From positions 1 through 64,000 of the forward strand of contig ADNK01001072.1 of the NCBI GenBank assembly GCA_000320545.1: a stretch of DNA of 64,000 nt, read 5' to 3'. Made by a program: the position numbers and the translations under genes. The notes under the pieces are model-generated. The model was not told where the DNA came from. It worked only from the letters and a program-made list of their open reading frames with translations, and made no database searches. The DNA comes from Bigelowiella natans CCMP2755 (taxonomy: Eukaryota > Protista > Cercozoa). Positions 32,556 to 43,557 of this stretch are shown here, one piece after another (the first letter of the stretch is position 1; each line of letters opens with the position of its first letter).

Positions 32556-35500
32556 TTGTTGACACTATGTAGTAGTAGTAGTAGCAGTAATCTCGATGAC
32601 TTTGCAATGTGATTGAGAGGCTGCACGTATGGTGTGGCCCATCAACCACACATTATGATACTCGTAAAGATGATTAAGCAACACACTACATCCCTTCTTC
32701 TGAGAGCACAGTTTGGTTTTTCGTGCATACTAATGTAGGTACGAGTTTCTTACGACCTCCATGGCAGCGAGCCACCAATTGCCGTTACTAAAGAGCCACT
32801 ACCTCCTCTTTTGGTGAAATCTCTCCCCTATTCCCTCACTAATCTTGGAGTAGTCGTGATAGCACACAACAATATCCATTCTTCTTCTTCTTCTTCTTCT
32901 TCTTCTTCTTCTTCTTCTTCTTCTTCCTTGGGACAGGGGGCTAGTATTCCCACTCGTCAATGATCCCTTCCCCCCCCTTCCTCCTCACGCATGAATATCC
33001 GCTACTGCTCTACACTCACAGATAGTTTGGGCCGGACAGAACCAGCTTGACATTCGAGTGAGCGCAGCGTATGAACATCCTGCTGACGTGCCAGTGGTTG
33101 CTTCTTCTGCTGCTACAAGTAGTAGTACTGAGGTTTGTTGGATGATGCATGGGCTGCTATCTCTATTACATATTATTGTGCTTATATTCTTTCACTACTG
33201 TACCTCCTTCCATGCTTCTCTTACTTCTCCTCCTACCACTAAGGAGAAAAAGAAATAATTTTCTTGCTATAGATTGTACACCACGCATACCATCGTTGAT
33301 TTTTTGTCCCAGGCCTGTCTTTTCATCTTGAATTCGGCGCGTGTGTGTGTGTGTCCCCTGCTAAAAAACATATCGCTTTTCTTTTTTCTTTGCCCCAAAA
33401 AAGCGATTCCACGAGGAACTCTGTCGCTCGGCAACACCAAAACAAAAAAACTGTGGAATAAACACTGAGATCGTCCCCCCCTTTTCGCAGAAAACAAAGG
33501 AGGAAGGCAAGAAGGAACCTGGCTATGGTGAGGAGGGGGAGGAGAAGAAGCCACCTTCCATAGATTCCGTCCGTGTCAAGAGCCGGATTACATATCAGTA
33601 CTCAAACAATCAATTTATATAGTGCTACACACCACACCCACACACACACAGGCACACACGCACACACGCACGCAAACATACGACGCAATAGCACCAGCAC
33701 ATTCGAATAACATGTGTATAACATAGATACAGAAGTCATACTTCTTCTCCTTCCTCCCCCCTTGCTCTCTTGCTCTTATGATGATGATCGTCGTCATCAT
33801 CATCATCATTACTATCGCTATCGCTGTATATGCGGTTAGATTTGAATACTACCAAGTCGACGTCACGACGGTGAGCGCAGTAGCAGTAGTAGTGATAGTG
33901 GTAGTAGTACTAGTAGTAGCAGTAGTAGTAGTAGTAGTAACACCAACAGATATGCACGCCTAAGGAGAGATGAAGAGTCCCTTCCCCCCCTCCCTCCCCT
34001 GCATAGATATGATCAGCATTACACTCGCAGCATATCATCGCCTCTATCATCATTACCGGCAATGATGCGTTGAGGAGAGTCGGGCGTTGATTCGTTGGCC
34101 CTTCGGTATCTTACACCACGAACAACCTTAAAAAAAAGGTATTCGCATATCCGGACATTTCGTCGGAGGATGGCAAAGCCTTAACGAGCAACTGCGATTT
34201 TGTGAGTGACTAGGATGACGACTACACCTTGATGATCCATGTTGGGAGATGATGATTCATCATTGGCCTTCATGTCATTCGGAGCAACTCCTCCTCATCA
34301 CATTGAATTGTTGTTGATCATCAGCGGGCGAAGCTGAAGAAGGGTGATGCTGTGCGAGTGTTTCGCTCCTCTCGCCAAGAATGGCTCCCGTGCGTCGTGG
34401 ATTCGGTGTGTGGATAAATACATAGAATAGCCCTTCCCTGGGACGAATGACAATGACAATGATGGTGATGATGATGATGATGATACCTTCTTCAAGTTGA
34501 ATAATATCCTTACGTCATCATATCATAATCACCATCGTGATTACTCTGTGCATTCAGCATTTTCCCTCCCTCTTTCCCCCCCGTCAATATATCGTTCATT
34601 TCATCAAGGTCACGGAGAAGTGCATAGTAGTTAAATTTGAGGATAACAGTACGAAGCAGCTGGCGCGCTTTGGACCCGAATTGGAGAAGAAGGTGCGTGT
34701 GGTGTAGTTGGTAGCTGGGAAGATGTTTTTGGTGGTAGCGGTGTTTAGGGGGAGGGGGGGGGGGCAGGTTAACGATGGGCGCCAGTCTATAGGTCTCTAA
34801 TAATAACCCGATGTACGAATACAATTTTAAGACATATATGTACACTTTTACCACTATCCAAAACTCAAACCTTCAATGTTGTTTTGCAATTCATGACATT
34901 CTACGGGTTCTTAGTGTCAACAACACGTGTCGCTCCCCCCCGTCCCCCCCCCCTCTCTCTTTTTGCCACCATCCACCAATCCACCATCCATCCATGATTA
35001 GGACCATGACGTGCTACCAGAGGTGAGATACGAAGTGGAGGTGGAGCTTCTTCCTGATATTCTTACTGAGGAGGAATCGAGGAAAAGGGTGAGAAGGCTA
35101 CTGATACTACACTACTAATACTACCGCTATTGCTACTAATGCTGCTCCCATTGCTAATGGCAACCACCACCTCCTTAAGACCTACTGAAAGACGCATTCA
35201 CTCACTCCAAGACCACACCCACTTTCTTCGCAGATTCTCTGGAAATGGCTTCAGTGCATCCTGCTACTCCGGAGCCATGCAATGGTTGATTTGGAGCAAT
35301 GATGATGATGACGATGATCGTGATAGTCCCCCCCCCCATCGGCATATTGCATAAAGCCCTCGTACCCATGTGCAGCACACACCACACTCCACACAGATAT
35401 TCTACGACAAATCAGAATATTTTGCGCGCGGTTACTATCATCATCTCCTTCTTTTTTTTAAATTTGGCCGTTTGCTGAACTAACATCCGCCTCCTTGCTT

Positions 35501-35621
35501 GTGTCTCTATCGTTACCTCAGAGACCTTCATATACACCCCAGCAGGTCGCAGCTCTCCAAGGCCGGCCAAGGACAGGAGAAAAACGTAGCAGATCTCACC
35601 ACTCAACGACGACATCGTCAA
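31310..35621 (-). CDS. Probable multi-exon gene of unknown function; boundaries uncertain
   Basis: Coding-like segments on the minus strand separated by SSR-rich introns (e.g. SFEVVTGSPVSLLNTASMHSILEYL...IFYL, LLLQFGSKARQLLRTVILKFNYYALLRDLDEM); no recognised domain. Confidence 0.4.
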
Positions 35622-36040
35622 ATAAGCGTGGTAAAGGGGAGGGTGAGAGTTAATAGTTAAGTGAATGAAAGCATGATGATGGTATAGGAAAGTGCGCTGG
35701 ATAACTTTATCTGCGCTATTTGATGTACATTAAAATATATATAATGGGTTAGAAGATTTGCTGCTTTTGATGCGAACAAAGCAACCAAAGCTATAGAAAG
35801 CAACAAGGTTAGCATACATACCTAGCACGTGCGTGAGATGGAGCTGTCGCACTTGTGGGCGCCCGCCATAAGTCATGCCCCAGCCAAGCTCTAATAAACA
35901 CTTGGCCTCGCACCCATAGCTAGATAGTGATGCATAGTGGATACATCTCCATTGCAAGGCCTTCTGACACCGTAGGCACATGCACGCGCTGTGCTGCGCT
36001 AGCTTCGCAGCTAGTCTAGCTAGTGTTACAGCAGCACATT

Positions 36041-36437
36041 CGTTGGAACAATTTCACATGAGCGCACATGTCATGGGAACATGAGCGCACATGTCATGGG
36101 AATGCAGCAGCAAGCAAATCATCCTAGTCAATTGTTGTGACGGATGTTGCCGCAACCGGCCCGTTACGTTCCATTGGGAGCAGTTACCAAGTCGCAGTTT
36201 CGGTTGTTTGGACACGAAACGGAGGCAGTTTAGTGCAGACGACTTGGCGCGACTTCGGCCATTGGAACGGACCGACGACATGATTCAACAGCCCGTCTCA
36301 TCAGGAAGCTAGGCAGCACTGCGCGACGGGCAGCTGAGCGCAGTTCATGCTGAATGTTTGAGCAAGTAGCTCATTGTTTGTTGTGCATGTGACAGGTTTT
36401 CACTTGACAACACATTGCATCGTTGATGAATCCAACG
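36041..36437 (+). repeat. 5' LTR (contains a 23-bp tandem duplication ACATGAGCGCACATGTCATGGGA near its start)
   Basis: Matches 42804-43152 over about 350 bp; has 7-bp inverted termini. Confidence 0.88.
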
Positions 36438-36449
36438 GATCAAGAGTCC
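36438..36449 (+). other. Putative primer-binding site complementary to the tRNA-Lys(CUU) anticodon arm (half-tRNA priming)
   Basis: GATCAAGAGTCC immediately follows the LTR. Restoring CA to TA gives GATTAAGAGTCC, the reverse complement of GGACTCTTAATC (stem, CU-CUU-AA loop). Confidence 0.55.
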
Positions 36450-36508
36450 ATCACTTGCCGGTGTGCGGAGAAGCTCTCAGCTGTCAGCTGGATTGATGCA
36501 AGCTCTCC

Positions 36509-38362
36509 GTGAAAGTGAAGAGAATTGATGAATTCGATGGCAAGAAGGAGGAGGCCGTGTTTTTCCTGAAGTCCACACAATCAGAAGTGCTCAGCGCAGG
36601 TCGAACGCATTGGCGAGTTCTGTTAGGCAGAGGTGTCTTCTCTGGTGTGAAGTGTGACCTGGAGTGCGACGCCACTGAAGAGGATTTCGATGCATCTTCT
36701 GATGATGGATTGGACGGTGAGTCAAGAAGGAAAAAGAACATGCCCAAACTTGAAAAGGGATCTGACGATGAAGCTGCAAGCGACCCGCAAGAAAAGGCCA
36801 ACCGGAAGAAAGCCCACAAAACTCAGCGTGCTTGCAACAAATGCTCACAAAAGATTTGCAATGTCATCTTCTCGCGTCTCACCTCAAAGGTGTCACCTTC
36901 AATTGACCAGTGTGACATGGAGACGGGAGATGGGCCAGGGCTGCATCGGGCCCTTCAGGATGTCCATGTGGCAGGAACGGAAAATGGATTTGCAAGCATT
37001 TTCAAATTCGTCAACGTGAAGCAAGAAGGACCTTTGGCTGAACTCGAAGATTGCACCTTCAAGTTCAATCAACTGTGTCGACTGTTGGAGGAGAGGAGCA
37101 GCATCATCTCTCCGGACATTCGAAATGTGACACATTTGAATGGCTTGAGCAAAGATTTTGATTTGATCAGAGATCGCATTCGCGATGAAGGAACCTTGAA
37201 CGAGTCAAGAATCGAAGACATCTTGAGACGAGTCAGGGGTGCTGCAGAAAGAAACGGAGAAAGAAAGAAGGACAAATGTGTGAAATCCATCTCCAAAAGC
37301 AACGGCCCACGGATGCTCTTGGCTCCAGATGGCAAAGACAAGTTCAATCGGAAGCTCAAGTGTTTCAACTGCAAAAAGCATCATCCTGGCGGAGAACGCA
37401 GCTGCACAGAACCTTGTCGAATTTGCAAACAGCCTGGGCATGCCAGATGCAATTGCAAACTCAGGAACAAACAGTCGCCCCACACCCCAACGAGGGGAAA
37501 TGATGCTCACTTGGCAGTTTCTCATTCGGGCAAAATGCCGAATTGGAAAGTCGGAATTTCATCTGGAGATGAAGGTCTGATTGCAGCTGATGAAGCTCTG
37601 TTCAGCAACGAGATTCACACCACATGCGTCGACAGCGGCGCTGCGAAACATTGTGTGAGCTCAGAGTTCATTGAATCACGAGCTTCAGAGGTGACGGATC
37701 ACGTCACCGAGCAAGGCAGTGTTGGCACTGCTGGTGATCAAAGGCTGGAGATTGCGGGTTCTGCCAACGTGGCAGGATTGAAAGGTGTCAAGATTGTCAA
37801 GGGTCTCAAAGCAAGTTTGGCAAGCGTTTCTGAAATGTGCAAAGAGGACAATTGCTGTCTCGCATGCAGTGCCGACAAGGTTTGGAAAACATCGAAAGAC
37901 AGTCTGACCCTGCCGGACAACGCCATCTGCATCGGCACTCGTTCGAGAGGATTGTGTGTTTGCAATTTCAGCACCTTTGAAGAGGATGCATCGGATGAAG
38001 CACATCTCACTGACAGCGCTCCTGCGAATGTGCTCTTCAAATGGCACCAGATCTTGGCACATCTGGCTCCAACAAGTTTGCACAGAGCGGTGAAAAATGG
38101 CACAATTGACATTCCAGAAATTGACCGTTTGTCTCCTGCAGAGCTGGAGAAGGCATTCAAGGAGTTTCCTGAATGCAAGACTTGTGGTGAAGCTTTTGGT
38201 GTCAAACGCAATCGTCGCACCGCGTTTCAGCGTGTGCTCGATTCAGGCAAAACTCAGGGTTGTCAAGCCGATCAGGATCTCATGTGGCCTTGGACACCGT
38301 GCTCGAAGGAGGGACATCGCGGTGCGTCATCATTTGGCTGGATTTGGGGAAATGTGGGATGA
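36509..38362 (+). pseudogene. Copia Gag-protease-integrase(N-terminal) polyprotein, truncated before the IN core/RT/RNaseH; Tyr-free
   Basis: Zinc knuckle CRICKQPGHARCNC, protease VDSGAAKH, GL(C) where Copia has GLY, HHCC finger WHQILAHL...CKTC, and start of the IN core DLMWPW...SKEGHR. There is no ATG start and homology is lost after about 38320. Confidence 0.88.
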
Positions 38363-38829
38363 TCATTTGCATGGCAAATGACAGAGCAATCCTGACTGTG
38401 TGACCATGGACACAGCACATGTCACATGTGCATCATGTGTGTCATGTGCACGCATGTCCATTGTTGTTGAATGAACACGCACAAATGAGAACTTGAGTTC
38501 ATGCATGTGTGTAGCCGATGCACGATGATGAATGGATTGAGCTTTGAAAAAGACACAACTCAAGACAATGCAGAATGTCCGTCAAATTAGCGGATACTCA
38601 TTGTAGACACGTAATGTCATACATGTATCACATATGCTATTACTATGTCTATTATGTAGCTGCTGCTTTGCATAGCTACATTAGGATGACTATTTTAAAG
38701 ATTTAATCACTCCATTACATCCGTCTCATATCCATTTACATGTAATCTTCAACATTTTACATTAAAAAATCATCTAATCATTACGGCTCAATTACGTTTA
38801 TACATCAATATTTTCACGCAGCTGCAATG

Positions 38830-41146
38830 TTATATCTGCGAAATCAGCTCTGGGTTGTTTTCCAAAGAAAATGTCCACTCAAGAGCTAGAGCTACGGTAG
38901 ATCCATGATTCACAACACCGTGAGCCCAAAGGTTGGGAATGAATATAAGATCGCCTTCCTCTTGCTCACATTCAATTTTACTCCTGGGATGATACTCAGC
39001 AGCGTGCTGCTGCTGTGGCCTCATTGTCCAATCTTTCATTTTCATTTTACTGTAGACCCTCTCACTTGGAGGTAGGAGCGTCCAGCTCTTTTTGCCATAC
39101 ACAACAATATTAAAGGCATACATATGGTGATGCATAGGCGACCCACTTCCATCAGGACCGAGGAAGAGCTGTGTCGTAACTTTGTGCGATTTGCTTTGTA
39201 GATGCTTTGCAAATGAAGGGAAACCAAAATGCACTTTCCCATCACGAGACGAGGCTATTTCCGCCCTTCGTGCGCCCTCCTCCTCTCCTACAGGGCCTTC
39301 CTCAACGATTACTAAGTATGGGGCGGTTTCTTTCGAATTGCTGCTGCTATTACAAGTGGACTGCCGCTGGGTGTGGTTGGAACTACCGTATTCACAAGGG
39401 ATGTATCGTTTCAAATATTTTCGTACCGTCGTTCGGCGGGTGCGCAGACCATGTTTATGAGCGTATGGAATCTTACTAACCTCCACCCTTTTCCTCCCGA
39501 GGCGCGAAAGTAACCCTTTCCTACTCATTGTCGCTCTTAGTTCGTCCCACCTCTCGTGCTCCAATGCTCCCGTAACGAGCACGGGCTGAGAGCGGTACAA
39601 GAATTCCACAAGAAACCTCTCTACTGTCATATTTGCTGCTGGAATGACGGAAAAGTCGCAGCGAGCTCTTTCTTGTTTTCGATACCTATTGTCTTCCTCA
39701 TCGGAGCAGCTTCCCCCTTCGCCATTTCCGATTTCCGTTCTACAGACATTTTCACGAACATCAGCATCACCCATATTCAAACTGCCGCTGTTTGGATATT
39801 TTCCATGAACTTCTTGGACAGAAGGGTCGAAGTGATCCCTAGACTCGTAACCTCTACCGAAGGAATCAAGTCTTTGCCCATTGTTTACAATTGTGAAAAG
39901 TTCATAATCATGCAAAGCTGAGTGGAGGCTTGGATAATCCATCGGACGGTATGTTGGTAATATTGAAGGGGATGGTGATGCTAAAGAAGATCTTTCTTTT
40001 CCCTTGAGATTAGCACCATGCGAAAGGAATAACCGCACTACCCAATGGAACCCTTCGATTGTCTAGCGTAACATATACAATCAACAAACAGACAACAACA
40101 CCTTGATGAGCTATTCCCAAAGTTTTGGTTTGTGTGAAAATGTTTCATTGCGACCAAAAAGTATGAATAGTGTTAGAAAGAATAGTTTTATGTATACTGC
40201 GAATCGCAATGGGGTGAATCCTAGCGAGTCCTGGGCGTGAAGGAGAGAAGGTTCCGTTTTCAAAACAGCACTGAAGACCTAGAGAGTACAGAATCGCAGA
40301 TAATGAAAATGCAAAGACCTCAAGCATTGGAAAAAGGAATCTAGTTGCCAATGACCTTCGAAAATCGAAATTTCAAAGAGCACACAATTGCTTTTCGAGA
40401 GACGGTATCCGGGCTGTGCATACCGCACGCTACAAGCTCACGTAGCGAAACATCTTTAGTGTCCTTCAATGCGTTTTCTAAAGTTGCGCCTACCTTTATT
40501 TTTTGAAACGTTAGCATTCCGTGCAAGCGTATATTGCAATTAGAACTTCTTGGTAATAGATTGATTGTGCCCCACCTTTGCTTTCAGCAAGTGCAATGAG
40601 CTGAAAGTAGCTTTGATTGACATGACGGACACCAAGAAATGTAGCACATTCCTGTTTGAAGGGGTGTCCAATAATTCAGTTCGTTTGTATAAATGCCCGC
40701 TTTCATCTAGCTGAGAATTGTATTATTATACCCAATTCCTTGCCGATGTCTGCTTTCAGTATCGTACAAGGAGAAAGCCCGGTCGTTCCCTATGCATTCT
40801 CGTAGGAAGCTTGGTTTGGCGTCGTTGCCTGAATTTGTACTTGCATTCATAACTCAATCGACTTCAACTGGTAATCCTCTTTCAATTTTCAGTCTATTAC
40901 CAAGATGCTTGAGCACTTCTCTCTCTGTATGGTTGCCCTCGAGCAACATAACCAGCTCTGATCCACACCTCCAAGTTTCACGGAGGACGTGCGACTCAGA
41001 CACCGTGTTCCTGAAAGATATCATTCATGGTCTGTTTGCCTGGTACACGATACAGAATCAGCCCACCTATGCGCACCACTGAGGAGAATTGGAGCCCATG
41101 CCAGCGCTGCGAGCAGCCACAAAGACCCGGAAGGGACGCCGGTCAT
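38830..41146 (-). CDS. Signal peptide + ankyrin repeats + JmjC (JMJD8-like, HxH) protein, about 7 exons, nested antisense within the LTR element
   Basis: MTGVPSGSLWLLAALAWAPILLSGAH signal (ATG 41146); ankyrin QDSLGFTPLRFA|TIEGFHWVVRLFLSHGAN; JmjC FLYRSQPVLVTG...QLFLGPDGSGSPMHHHMYAFNIVVYGKKSWTLLPP...QEEGDLIFIPNLWAHGVVN; GT-AG introns in frame. Confidence 0.88.
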
Positions 41147-41496
41147 CCGGCCGCGCTTACGAGTAGATAATCTCCCCTCCTCCTTTTTCTCCTTCGAGAG
41201 CGGGGATTCGGCTCGAAGCCCCGGCGGAAGAACTCCTGCAATCTTCGATCACATCCCACTCGAGACATCACCCACATGCCCCTTTCGAAATTATCACGAA
41301 ACAGGTCCTATTTTCATGTCGCGTCAACATTCTTTCACGACTAAAACAAACACTTTCAAATCGCCAAACGTCGAAAGGATCTTGCGAGCTCAGAATTGCC
41401 CTCCCCAGGCTGCTCGGAAGGAGGTTGGTGACCGCTGAGACACGTTGCTAAAATGCCACTGGGGGTAGCTTTCACTGCAAGTCTCCGGGGAAGGAA

Positions 41497-42803
41497 GAAT
41501 CCAGGCCAGCAGCAAAGTTGGATGAAGGAAGGAAGGGCAGGAGGACAGCTGTTGCGCGTAAGGTGTTCACAGGCCGAGGCGCTACGTGCACAAGTAGGCA
41601 GGGGGGGGGAAGGCACGTTTGCTTCCTTTTGAAGAGTTATGTTCATTTTTGTCAAAGATTATATTTTTATTAAATCGTGCACTGCGTAATCATTCGCGAA
41701 GCTTTCGCGAATGCCGCCGCACGTGGGGCAGCACACTTCCGGTGTGCTGCCATGAGTCCCGCCGGAACCCACGTGCCTATACTGTATTAATATCTACGTT
41801 ATCTATATTCTATATCCGCGACAACCCCTTTGTTGTCGCACGTGACTTGTGCTCGCGTAGTAGTACGCGCTACACAGCTGCGTGTGCACAAGCGGCTGCC
41901 TCGATTCTCTGATGATGTTTTGACCTTTTTCACATGCATGCACCAAGTCAACTGTCATCAGGCGAAATCACCTGAAACTGCATGCATGACATCGTGCTGC
42001 AGAAGGAATGGCCGTTGTTTTTGTCTGCTCTGGCTCTGGCACGCTTGCCAGGACAGTTTTCAACGATGCGCTTGGTCACCTTTTCTGTCCTGGAGCACGC
42101 GGTGACAACACATCGCCCGTGTGTTGCACTTCGCAATTTGCTGCACAGCAAATTGAAGGAAAGGGCAGCGTGTTGGAGTGCTTTGCACTCAATGCGCGAA
42201 GTGCATGCTTGTGGCAGCAGTGGCAACGCCGGCGGGCGTTTGCAGGCTGCGACAAGCAGTGCAGAACGGGCTGCCAATGCAGGCAGGTTCTGTGCCTGCG
42301 ACAAGGCAGGACAGTGCTGCATCAGCCATGTGCCAGCAAAGGAAGTGGGCGCGTCTTCCTCAAATCTGATGCCCGTGACAAGCACCCACGGCTGGGGTGC
42401 AAGGTGCGCGGAGGGAGAGGGGGGGGGGAGGGGAACGAAGATGGTCACGTGGGGAGGGCATGCATCCACAGGTGACGTGAACATCCACAGGATGTGCAAA
42501 AACAAAGTTGCAGAAGCAAACGTTGGAGTGCTTTGCACTCGAGAGCAGGAAGTGCGTGCTCGTGGTTGCAGCAGCAGCGACAAAGCAATGTTGCGGCGTT
42601 CTCCAGCTGCGACAAGCAACCAGCAGCACAAGTTGGTTTCAGGTGATTTTGCCTGATCATTGAGTCGTGCATGAAAAGCCACGTTGTGCGTCAACAAGAG
42701 AATCGAGGCAGCCGCTTGTGCAGCTGTCCTCCTGCCCTTCCTTCCTTCATCCAACTTTGCTGCCAGCCTGCATTCTGCAGCGCGCCGCCCTCTGCTTCCA
42801 ACA
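41497..42803. mobile_element. Nested fragments of a second LTR-like family: 42521-42803 (CGTTGGA...TCCAACA), a partial direct copy from 42171 (TGTTGGA, preceded by a purine-rich tract), and an inverted partial copy at about 41497-41978
   Basis: GTTGGAGTGCTTTGCACTC occurs at both 42172 and 42522. 41497-41551 and 41875-41978 are reverse complements of about 42635-42775. Confidence 0.65.
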
Positions 42804-43152
42804 CGCACGTGTCATGGGAATGCAGCAGCAAGCAAATCATCCTGGTCAATTGTTGTGACGGATGTTGCCGCAATCGGCCCGTTCCATTGGGAGCAGTCAC
42901 CAAGTCGCAGTTTCGGTTGTTTGGACACGAAACGGAGGCAGTTTAGTGCAGACGACTTGGCGCGACTTCGGCCATTGGAACGGACCGACGACATGATTCA
43001 ACAGCCCGTCTCATCAGGAAGCTAGGCAGCACTGCGCGACGGGCAGCTGAGCGCAGTTCATGCTGAATGTTTGAGCAAGTAGCTCATTGTTTGTTGTGCA
43101 TGTGACAGGTTTTTGCTTGACAATGCATTGCACATCGTTGATGAATCCAACG
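42804..43152 (+). repeat. 3' LTR (first ~22 bp missing or replaced by the nested LTR fragment)
   Basis: Aligns to 36086-36437 with 8 transitions and 2 small indels; followed by TSD ACATT. Confidence 0.88.
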
Positions 43153-43557
43153 ACATTTCAACCAGATGTTTTCGTGCGCACGTAGTCATCAGCTGCAACA
43201 ACAAACAGCACACATGTCACGTGCCAGCGGCATGTACGAAATGCTTGGTGACCAAAATGATTGCGGGGCGATCTTTTCTGATGCATTGTTGCTTGTGCAT
43301 GCATGATTTCTCATCACTCCAGCAAAATGCAGCTGGCTAGCTGGCTAGCTGGGTCGGTGTGCACCTTCGTGTCCCGCAGAATTGCATACATGTGCACTGT
43401 GCGCAGTCCCAAAAAACGCAAGCCAGACGACGCCGCAAAATTATGAGTCCTACTACTTGGTATCCAGCAAGTACGTCTGTATCGCTGTACGAAGCTACGC
43501 TAATAAGCTACGTTCAAAGAGAGAGATGATGCATCTGCGGCCGACTATTTGTGCCGC

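Larger units (their letters stand above)
36041..43152 (+). mobile_element. Ty1/Copia LTR retrotransposon, internally rearranged and hypermutated, enclosing a host-type gene
   Basis: 5' LTR 36041-36437 and 3' LTR remnant 42804-43152 are near-identical. Termini are CGTTGGA...TCCAACG. A 5-bp TSD ACATT sits at 36036-36040 and 43153-43157. A gag-PR-IN(N-terminal) ORF follows the 5' LTR. Confidence 0.88.

Noticed and set aside
36509-38362. Alternative genetic code or selected Tyr-free protein
   Set aside because: TA is missing in all frames and in non-coding LTR and flank DNA, and neighbouring genes use Tyr and TAA/TAG normally.
41948-43025. Many long overlapping ORFs on both strands (286, 224 and 155 aa)
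   Set aside because: These are an artefact of TpA loss, which removes TAA and TAG stops on both strands; they have no domains and lie in LTR-derived DNA.
36041-43152. Classical RIP or CpG deamination as the cause of TG/CA excess
   Set aside because: RIP would create TpA and CpG decay would deplete CpG; here CpG is abundant and TpA is absent.
42521-43152. A single 632-bp solo LTR with CGTTGGA...TCCAACG ends
   Set aside because: The flanks GCAAA and ACATT do not match, whereas ACATT matches the flank at 36036-36040; homology to the 5' LTR begins only at 42804.
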